Shown here: positions 54,804 to 64,000 of the stretch, one piece after another
Layout of the letters: every line of letters starts with the position of its first letter
Numbering within the stretch: position 1 is the first letter of the stretch
Assembly: GCA_965198225.1 (NCBI GenBank)
Contig: CBDAOY010000008.1
Span: forward strand, 320,001 to 384,000
Length of the DNA: 64,000 bases
Reading direction: 5' to 3'
DNA from: Terriglobia bacterium
Lineage (GTDB): Bacteria; Acidobacteriota; Terriglobia; 20CM-2-55-15
Made by a program: the position numbers and the translations under genes
Notes under the pieces: model-generated
What the model was told of the DNA's origin: nothing
What the model saw: the letters and a program-made list of their open reading frames with translations, nothing else
The model's database searches: none

Positions 54804-54974
54804 AATAACAAATCCAGCAATCTGCAATTTCCAACCTCCGAATGCGGATTTGTCCATTGACCAATTTGCGATAGATTCCTTCTTTTCCACCCACTAAAGC
54901 GGACCAGGTCCCATCGCAAATCGCGACATCTGAACAATCCACAATGCAAATTGCTCATTGGAGATTGCTTCATT
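54804..54974 (+). repeat. Family C element, copy 3
   Basis: aataacaaatcc.gcaatctgcaatttcc...aatgcggatttgtccattga...ttgctcattggagattgcttcatt. Confidence 0.9.
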
Positions 54975-55040
54975 GGACTCCGATTCGTTACTTCTTCAGC
55001 GTTTGACTTCACGTTTTCCACAGGCTAACCTCCACAACCC

Positions 55041-56606
55041 ATGGAGTTGTCAACCGTCGGACGGCTGATTACCGACCTCGCTGCAGCCGACCCGGACCGC
55101 ACGGCGTTGATCTTTCCTGAACTGGGCGTCGACTACTCTTTCGCCGACCTGGACCGGATTTCCACGAATATCGCGTCAAATCTCCACGAGATGGGTTTCC
55201 GCAAAGGGGATCGGTTTGCCGTTTGGGCCAACAACGTCCCCGAGTGGGTGATGCTTCAGTTCGGAACGGCGAAAATTGGTGTCGTCCTGCTGACTGTCAA
55301 CACCGGTCTCCGACGGAAAGAACTGCACTATGTCCTGTCTCAATCGGGGGCCAAAGGGTTGGCGATGGTCGCCGAGTTCCGGGACGTGAACTTCTCCGAG
55401 GAGTTCGCCGCCGTCCAGGACGACCTCCCGTCGTTGGAGCATGTGTTCGTGCTACCCGAAGACTCCCCCAGGCTGCTGGAGGAACCATCCCGCCTGCTTC
55501 CAGAGATCGCGCTCGGGACCGAAGATTGTATCAACATGCAGTACACCTCGGGCACGACCGGTTTCCCGAAAGGAGTGATGCTGAGCCACCACAACATCCT
55601 CCGGAACGCCCAGGATATCGGGGACCGGTTGACGATGTCGTCGGACGATGTTCTCTGTTTGACAGTGCCGCTGTTCCACTGTTTCGGGTGTGTCATCGGT
55701 GTACTGGGCGCGTACACGCACAGTGCATCGATGGTGGTTCTCGGGGAGTTTCGTCCCCTACCCGTACTCCAGGCGATTCAAAATCATGGATGTACGGTTC
55801 TCTACGGAGTTCCGTCAATGTTCATCGCCGAGCTGAACCATCCGCAGTTCGAGGAGTTCGATCTCAGTACATTGCGCACCGGCATCATGGCTGGATCCCC
55901 ATGCCCACGGGAGGTGATGAAAGACGTCATCGACAAGATGGGCGCCCGCGAGGTGACGATCGCCTACGGGCTGACCGAGGCCTCGCCGGTAGTGACGATG
56001 ACGTTCCCCGACGATCCATTCGATCTGAGAGTCGGGACCGTCGGTCGTCCTCTACCCGACGTCGACGTTAAGATAGTCGATCCCGCCAGCGGGCAGGAAC
56101 GCGCGAGCGGGGAAGAAGGTGAGCTCATTACCCGTGGGTACCACGTCATGTTGGGCTATTACGGAATGCCGGAAGAGACCGAACAAACCATCCGTGACGG
56201 CTGGCTCCACAGCGGGGATCTCGGCACGATCGACGAGGACGGATACGTCCGGATCACCGGCCGCAGCAAAGACCTGATCATCCGTGGCGGCGAGAACATT
56301 TCACCACGCGAAATCGAGGAAATCCTGCTTACCAATCCGGCTGTCCAGGAAGCCTACGTCTACGGCGTACCGGACGACTTCTTCATCCAAAAAGTAGCCG
56401 TCGCCGTTCGACTCAAAGATGGAGAGTCCCTGGACCTGGAGCAGCTGCGGCAATTTTGCGCGGGTCGGCTCGCCCGGTTCAAAGTTCCCGAATATGTGGA
56501 TTTTGTCGACGACTTTCCGACGACACCTAGCGGCAAAGTGCAGAAATACAAGCTGACCGAGATGTGGATCGATCGGTACTCCGACCAGGCGGCGGCCGGC
56601 AGTTGA
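55041..56606 (+). CDS. Acyl-CoA synthetase (AMP-binding)
   Basis: YTSGTTGFPKG, AYGLTEASP, GWLHSGDLG, RGGENI, SGKVQK. Confidence 0.95.
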   Translation: MELSTVGRLITDLAAADPDRTALIFPELGVDYSFADLDRISTNIASNLHEMGFRKGDRFAVWANNVPEWVMLQFGTAKIGVVLLTVNTGLRRKELHYVLSQSGAKGLAMVAEFRDVNFSEEFAAVQDDLPSLEHVFVLPEDSPRLLEEPSRLLPEIALGTEDCINMQYTSGTTGFPKGVMLSHHNILRNAQDIGDRLTMSSDDVLCLTVPLFHCFGCVIGVLGAYTHSASMVVLGEFRPLPVLQAIQNHGCTVLYGVPSMFIAELNHPQFEEFDLSTLRTGIMAGSPCPREVMKDVIDKMGAREVTIAYGLTEASPVVTMTFPDDPFDLRVGTVGRPLPDVDVKIVDPASGQERASGEEGELITRGYHVMLGYYGMPEETEQTIRDGWLHSGDLGTIDEDGYVRITGRSKDLIIRGGENISPREIEEILLTNPAVQEAYVYGVPDDFFIQKVAVAVRLKDGESLDLEQLRQFCAGRLARFKVPEYVDFVDDFPTTPSGKVQKYKLTEMWIDRYSDQAAAGS

Positions 56607-56655
56607 CCCCCGAACTAGCCTAGACCTCGAATGGCCGCGCTACACGGTAGAGTAG

Positions 56656-58650
<1,995 letters not shown>

Positions 58651-58699
58651 TATTCACCTCTAACATCAGTCTATCGGAAAGCCGTTTGTCGAGGGCTCT

Positions 58700-59644
58700 A
58701 TGAAGAGAATCACGGTTCTTGCGATCACCAGTATGCTGCTGTGGCTCCCCACGGCCGCGGCCCAGCAGGCGCCCGCTCCGGGCGAGCCGGATCAAACGAT
58801 CACGATCGATGTCGACCTGGTCAACGTCCTGTTCACGGTAAGCGACAAGAGGGGCAGGCTGTATACCGATCTCACGAAAGACGATTTGCGCGTCTTCGAG
58901 GACGGCGAGCTCCAGACGATCACCAACTTCAGCTCTGAAACCGACCTTCCGTTAACCGTCGCCCTGCTCGTGGACACGAGCGGGAGCATCCGGGACAAGC
59001 TGCGCTTCGAACAGGAAGCCGCCATCGAGTTCTTCTATTCGACCCTTCGCAGGAGAACCGATCAGGCAATGCTCGTGGCGTTCGATTCCGGCGTCGATCT
59101 CCTTCAGGACTTCACCGACAATCCCGAGACGCTCGCCGACGCTGTCCGGGATATCCGGGCCGGAGGCGGCACCTCGCTTTACGACGCTATCTATCTTGCG
59201 ATAGACGAGAAGATGGCCGGCCAGCCGGGACGCAAGGTGCTCATCGTCATCAGTGATGGGGACGACAACGCCAGCCGGACCTCCATGACAGAGACGATGG
59301 AGATGGCCCAGAAGAACGATGTGGCGGTGTACACGATCAGCACGAATGCGACGGCGCACTTCGGCACGAAGGACCAGCATCGCGGCGACCGGACTCTCCG
59401 GACTTTCGCTGAAGACACCGGGGGCCGGGCATTCTTCCCGTTCAAACTGGAGGAACTGGCCGTGAGCTTCGAGGACATCAGCGAGGAACTCCGCTCGCAG
59501 TACACGCTGGCGTATAATCCAACGAACCGTGTCCGCGACGGAAGCTACCGCGAGATCAAGGTCGAGGCCAGGAACAGGGACTACCGCGTCAAGGCGAGAA
59601 AGGGCTACTACGCACCCCGGGAGTCGTCGCAGAATAACCAGTAA
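58700..59644 (+). CDS. Secreted VWA domain protein (Acidobacterial VWFA-related type)
   Basis: Signal peptide; VDLVNV..TVSDK, DTSGS MIDAS, SDGDDNAS, ELRSQY, ARKGYY. Confidence 0.92.
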   Translation: MKRITVLAITSMLLWLPTAAAQQAPAPGEPDQTITIDVDLVNVLFTVSDKRGRLYTDLTKDDLRVFEDGELQTITNFSSETDLPLTVALLVDTSGSIRDKLRFEQEAAIEFFYSTLRRRTDQAMLVAFDSGVDLLQDFTDNPETLADAVRDIRAGGGTSLYDAIYLAIDEKMAGQPGRKVLIVISDGDDNASRTSMTETMEMAQKNDVAVYTISTNATAHFGTKDQHRGDRTLRTFAEDTGGRAFFPFKLEELAVSFEDISEELRSQYTLAYNPTNRVRDGSYREIKVEARNRDYRVKARKGYYAPRESSQNNQ

Positions 59645-59666
59645 GAACTCTCAAATTCAGATCGAC

Positions 59667-59694
59667 AAAGGGCGCTCCCCCGAGCGCCCTTTTC
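59667..59694. terminator. Intrinsic terminator
   Basis: AAAGGGCGCTC-cccc-GAGCGCCCTTTT. Confidence 0.85.
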
Positions 59695-59768
59695 TGTTTG
59701 GCTCCTTTCACGGTCCAGAGTAGCTCCCGAGATGGGACGTTCCGGTGTGCCTGTTGTCCGCATGACGT

Positions 59769-59911
59769 GTAGGTGCGGTCTATGACCGCACATTCGTCGC
59801 GCCGAAACGATGTGCGCTCATAGAGCGCACCTACACCCGATCCTGAGGTTTCGTCCCCCGCACCCGAAACCTCTTCACAGGCTGGCCGGCGGGCCCATAG
59901 AGCGCACCTAC
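59769..59911. repeat. Family E REP doublet plus an extra half-unit
   Basis: gtaggtgcggtctatgaccgcac...gtgcgctcatagagcgcacctac; catagagcgcacctacacccgat repeated at ~59896. Confidence 0.85.
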
Positions 59912-59976
59912 ACCCGATTCTCGAGTGCCCCTGTCCCCCTCACATTGGCTCTCTCTCGGACTTTCCGCTCGAATGG

Positions 59977-60975
59977 CTACTCCACTTTCAGCTTTCGAGT
60001 CAGGATGCCGGCTTCTTCGAACAGGCCGAACGCGCTCTCGTTCAAGGGGTAGTCCATGTTGTAGACCACCTCCGCGATGCCGGAGTTGATGATCATCTTT
60101 GCGCAGAGCAGACATGGGGCGAACGTCGTGTAGATGGTGGCGTTGTGGAGCTGGACCCCGTGATAGGCGGCCTGGACGATAGCGTTTTCTTCACCGTGAG
60201 AGCAGAAGCACTCCCCAAGGTTCGTTCCCGACGGTGCCAGGCTGTTGCATCGGGGGCACCCGCCTTCATTGCAGTTTCGGGTTCCGCGTGGCGTACCGTT
60301 GTAGCCGGTCGAGATGATCCGTTTGTCCCGGACGATGATTGCCGCCACCTTGCGCTTAATGCAATTCGATCTCGAGGCTGCGACCCTGGCGATGTCCATG
60401 AAGTACTGGTCCCAGCTTGGACGGGGGACCTCCTGCAGAAGCTGGATCAGCAGCGTATCGACATCGTCGTGTAGTTCCTCGATGGTGCCGTTGTTCTCCA
60501 GCGTGTGATCGGCCAGCGTTTCCACAGCTATCAGGTTCTGGGAGTTGGCATCGCCGGCGGCTTCCCGCTCTTCCAGGACCAGAAAATCATCGTAGTTTTC
60601 GGGGTCGCTTTCTCGATTTCGCTGCTGAATCCGCTCGAAACGCACCTGCGGGTCGGCTTCCACGTTTAGTAGCCGAAAATGCCCTCCGCTCCGAAGCGCT
60701 TCGACTTCCGCCGGATTCCGGATGGAGTCGATCACGTAGTGGCCGTTGTCCCCCGTTCTGGCCAGAATCCTCTGGGCCAGTATGGACGCACCGAACCGCC
60801 CTCGCAGCTCGTTGCCCGTGCGAATCAGGTTCTCGCGTGTCAATTCGTCCCCGCGGGACTGAAGCTCGTCGCGGATGATGTCGGAAAGGGAGTAATAGGA
60901 GAAACTTTTCTCTTTCAGGTGTTCGGCGACCGCGCCTTTACCCGCCGCGTTCCGTCCTGTCAGACCGATCAACAT
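59977..60975 (-). CDS. P-loop nucleotide-kinase-like / dCMP deaminase fusion
   Basis: IGLTGRNAAGKG, IDSIRN; then RPSWDQYFM, STGYNGTP, HGEENA, PCLLC. Confidence 0.93.
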   Translation of the reverse strand: MLIGLTGRNAAGKGAVAEHLKEKSFSYYSLSDIIRDELQSRGDELTRENLIRTGNELRGRFGASILAQRILARTGDNGHYVIDSIRNPAEVEALRSGGHFRLLNVEADPQVRFERIQQRNRESDPENYDDFLVLEEREAAGDANSQNLIAVETLADHTLENNGTIEELHDDVDTLLIQLLQEVPRPSWDQYFMDIARVAASRSNCIKRKVAAIIVRDKRIISTGYNGTPRGTRNCNEGGCPRCNSLAPSGTNLGECFCSHGEENAIVQAAYHGVQLHNATIYTTFAPCLLCAKMIINSGIAEVVYNMDYPLNESAFGLFEEAGILTRKLKVE

Positions 60976-61055
60976 CGAAAACTCGGCGGACCTCCTTCGC
61001 GCTTCTCGAGAACCCTACGATACTATGATTCCCGGATCGGGGACTGAAGGTTTCT

Positions 61056-62564
61056 GTGCGGCACAAGTCACTACATATCGCCATGATCGCTGTCGAATGC
61101 TTTCCCTACGTCAAGGTGGGGGGGCTGTCCGACGTCGTGACGGCCCTGTCGGACGAGCTGGTCCAACGAGGGGAGAGAGTGGACGTCTTCATACCCGCGT
61201 TTTCCGGGATCGACCGTGATGTCCATGGCTTCCAGCGACTCGATGTCGGGTCCGAGCTGGCTGTCCAGGTCGGTCGGCACGGTATCGAAGTCGCCGCCTA
61301 CTGCTCGAGGGCTGATCATTCCGAGCGGCGTGTCTTCCTTGTCGGTGGTGGCGATTACTTCGATCGAGACGGGGTTTATGTCGATTCCGAGACGGGAAGC
61401 GACTACCCGGATCAGTTCGAGCGATGGGTCTTCTTCCAGCGGGCTGTCCTGGCCCTACTGGCCACGACAGCACCAGGTGTGGATGTGATTCACTGCCACG
61501 ATCATCAGGCCGGCCTGATCCCGCGCTATGTCGAGACGGAACATCGACCACGCGGGGTGTTTCGAGCCGCAGCGACAGTCCTGACCGTTCACAACCTTGC
61601 CTACCAGGGGCTGTTTGACGCGGAACTGTGGCCGGGGATCGGCCCTGAGGCGGGGCCCCTTCAGGAGGGAGATCCCTACGAGTTCTTCGGTCGGGTGAGT
61701 TTCATGAAAGGCGGTATCTTCCACGCCGATGCGCTCACGACCGTCAGTCCGACTTACGCCAGGGAGATACGGACTCCGGAGCACGGTTGCGGCCTGGAAG
61801 GGCTGCTTGAGAGCCGGCGAGACCGGCTCCATGGCATCCTCAACGGTATCGACAGCGAAGTCTGGAACCCCGAGACCGATCGCTTGATCCCGAAGAACTA
61901 CACTCTGGACGACCTGGCGGGCAAAGCGGTCTGCCGGGAGCAGCTGCTGTCCGACCTCGGGCTGAGCTCCAGCACGCACGACGGCCCTGTCCTGGCGATG
62001 ATTTCACGAATCGAAGACCAGAAAGGATTCGACCTGCTGCTGGCCATCCTCGACGAACTCCTCTCGGAACCTGTCTTCTTCATTCTCCTCGGAACGGGGG
62101 ATCGAACAAAGGAAGTAGCCATCGAAGACATTGTCGGACGACATTCGGACAGGGCGCGAGCGCGTATCGGGTTCTTTGACGAACGTTTGGCTCATCGGAT
62201 CGAAGCCGGAGCCGATGTTTTCCTGATGCCGTCCAGCTACGAACCGTGTGGGCTGAACCAGATGTACAGCCTCAGGTACGGCACTGTGCCGGTCGTTCGC
62301 CGAACGGGCGGCCTGGCCGACACGGTAGAGGAATTTGATGCGCTACGGGGCCGAGGCAACGGATTCGTCTTTACCGACCGGAAGCCGTCGGAGTTTCGCC
62401 GAGCGATCGATCGCGCATTGAGCCTTTGGAGTGACCGGGGGAGTTGGGCGCGCCTGCAGCGAAACGGGATGACGGCCGACTTCGGGTGGTCCGAGTCTGC
62501 TGAGCGCTACCTCGAGGTCTACAAGGCGGCTCTGAATTCAGGGACGGAGACCGAATTCGGGTGA
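61056..62564 (+). CDS. glgA: Glycogen synthase
   Basis: KVGGL, HCHDHQ, TVHNLAYQG, GILNGID, YEPCGLNQ, TGGLADTV. Confidence 0.96.
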   Translation: MRHKSLHIAMIAVECFPYVKVGGLSDVVTALSDELVQRGERVDVFIPAFSGIDRDVHGFQRLDVGSELAVQVGRHGIEVAAYCSRADHSERRVFLVGGGDYFDRDGVYVDSETGSDYPDQFERWVFFQRAVLALLATTAPGVDVIHCHDHQAGLIPRYVETEHRPRGVFRAAATVLTVHNLAYQGLFDAELWPGIGPEAGPLQEGDPYEFFGRVSFMKGGIFHADALTTVSPTYAREIRTPEHGCGLEGLLESRRDRLHGILNGIDSEVWNPETDRLIPKNYTLDDLAGKAVCREQLLSDLGLSSSTHDGPVLAMISRIEDQKGFDLLLAILDELLSEPVFFILLGTGDRTKEVAIEDIVGRHSDRARARIGFFDERLAHRIEAGADVFLMPSSYEPCGLNQMYSLRYGTVPVVRRTGGLADTVEEFDALRGRGNGFVFTDRKPSEFRRAIDRALSLWSDRGSWARLQRNGMTADFGWSESAERYLEVYKAALNSGTETEFG

Positions 62565-62690
62565 GGATCGAGATCGGGGACGGAGACCGAACTCCTGGGA
62601 ACCGGAAATCAACGGTTTAAAAGGCCGGGTAATTCGGTCTCCGTCCCCGATCTCCTCGATTTGGCGAATTCGGTCTCCGTCCCCGAATTC
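62534..62690. repeat. Family D element with doubled arms, overlapping the glgA 3' end
   Basis: gggacggagaccga x2 ... aattcggtctccgtccccga x2. Confidence 0.88.
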
Positions 62691-62764
62691 CCCGACGTTC
62701 GGCTATCGGGGAACCGGAGACGTCATCGAGTACAATGCCGTTTGGATAAACCAAACCCAGGATA

Positions 62765-63727
62765 ATGATCTCTGTGTTCAAGCTGTCCGCCGACTCGCCC
62801 GATGCGGTTGTGGAACTGCCATCCCTCGAGTCGCTGCCAGAGGAGGGTGATTGCGTTTGGGTCGACCTCGATAGTCCGACCGAGGCCGAGGCCGCCGTTC
62901 TCTCCGAAGTGTTCCAGTTCCACCCGCTGGCGATCGAAGACTGTTGGCAGGGTCCTCAGTCGCCGAAGGTCGACGACTACCGCGATTACGCGTTCATCGT
63001 CGTCCATGGAGTGCGCTACGAGCAGGAATCCGGGAACTTTGAAACCCACGAGCTCAACGTCTTCCTGGGACGAAATTATCTGGTTACGTTCCACGCCGAG
63101 CGCTCCTTGAGCATCGGAGCCGCCGTAGAGCATGTTCGGCACAGCCCGCAATTGATGAAACAGGGGACGGATTTTCTCCTGCACTTCATCGTCGACAGAC
63201 TGGTCGACAACTATTTTCCAAAGCTTGAGGTGATGGAGGACCGTATCGAAGAACTCGAAGCATCGGCGTTCCAGGATCCGAGCGAAGAAGTGCTCAACAA
63301 CATCTTTGAGACGCGCCGCCAGTTGACGCACCTGCGTCGCGTCGTCGGCCACGAACGCGAGGTACTGGTCGTCATCAGCCGGGGTGGCATCCGCTTTGTC
63401 GGCGACAAGGCGCGCCTCTACTTCCGTGATGTCTACGATCACATGCTGCGCATTACCGAAATGTCTGATGTGCTGCGCGACACCATCAATGTCATCCTTC
63501 AGGCCTATCTTTCGATGATCTCGAACCGGCTCAACAACACCATGAGGGTTCTGACCGTAATCGCGACGATCATGCTGCCGATGACCGTCATAACGGGCAT
63601 CTACGGCATGAACTTCCGCAACATGCCCGAACTCGGGTGGGATTATGGCTACTACGCCGTCCTGGGGGGCATGGCGCTCATCTCAGGAGGCATGTTGTGG
63701 ATCTTCAGAAAGCGAAAATGGTTATAG
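62765..63727 (+). CDS. corA: Magnesium/cobalt transporter CorA
   Basis: FHPLAIED, YFRDVYDH, YGMNF, MPEL. Confidence 0.96.
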   Translation: MISVFKLSADSPDAVVELPSLESLPEEGDCVWVDLDSPTEAEAAVLSEVFQFHPLAIEDCWQGPQSPKVDDYRDYAFIVVHGVRYEQESGNFETHELNVFLGRNYLVTFHAERSLSIGAAVEHVRHSPQLMKQGTDFLLHFIVDRLVDNYFPKLEVMEDRIEELEASAFQDPSEEVLNNIFETRRQLTHLRRVVGHEREVLVVISRGGIRFVGDKARLYFRDVYDHMLRITEMSDVLRDTINVILQAYLSMISNRLNNTMRVLTVIATIMLPMTVITGIYGMNFRNMPELGWDYGYYAVLGGMALISGGMLWIFRKRKWL

Positions 63728-63731
63728 GCGT

Positions 63732-63912
63732 GTAGGTGCGGTCTATGACCGGAACCATTTATCAGCGTCGGGGCCACCGTCCCCCTTCCGGACGAGAGCT
63801 TGAGCGTTCAAGTACCGATCACAGTGCGTGGATTTGCGGAGAAAGACAGCTGGTCCGGTCCCCCCACGCCGTCCTCGGACCGAAACGATGTGCGGTCATA
63901 GACCGCACCTAC
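63732..63912. repeat. Family E REPIN-like element, copy 2
   Basis: Same termini and spacer (gaaagacagctggtccggtccccccacgcc) as 52043-52222. Confidence 0.9.
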
Positions 63913-63914
63913 AC

Positions 63915-64000
63915 CTACTTCCTATAGACCACTGCGCCGCCTACGATCGTCATTATCGTCTCGGCCTCCAGAATTTCTTCCTCCGGAACCGTCATGATGT
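63915..64000 (-). CDS. C-terminal fragment of a probable amidohydrolase (YtcJ-like)
   Basis: Reads IMTVPEEEILEAETIMTIVGGAVVYRK-stop, a typical amidohydrolase terminal strand. Confidence 0.65.
   Translation of the reverse strand, partial: IMTVPEEEILEAETIMTIVGGAVVYRK

Overview
GC-rich bacterial chromosomal segment, most likely Acidobacteriota (inferred from an Acidobacterial-type VWA protein, a TPR-secretin lipoprotein, and the gene content). It is mostly core genome: smpB, icd-mdh, mreBCD-mrdA-rodA-rne, lpdA-lipA-nfuA, tRNA-Ser-ffs-dnaX-ybaB-recR, dnaK-dnaJ-hspR-sigma factor, CIRCE-groESL, ligA, glgA and corA, plus transporters, polyamine genes and peptidases. No prophage, intact transposase or CRISPR array is visible. 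The unusual signals are: (i) a 44-nt double-hairpin insertion, partly copied from the gene's own 3' end, that splits lpdA between matching AAG codons, an 11-nt duplication that removes the ppiD stop, and several other short local duplications; (ii) at least six families of non-coding palindromic elements (heptamer-armed palindromes, REP/REPIN-like units, MITEs), some of which supply gene stop codons; (iii) a ~950-nt hairpin-dense region upstream of rne; (iv) a coupled His-rich LVIVD propeller plus Met-rich propeller pair; (v) a P-loop kinase/dCMP deaminase fusion, a pseudo-Fic/ThiF pair, and a sigma factor embedded in an HspR operon. All assignments come from reading motifs by eye; no database searches were run.
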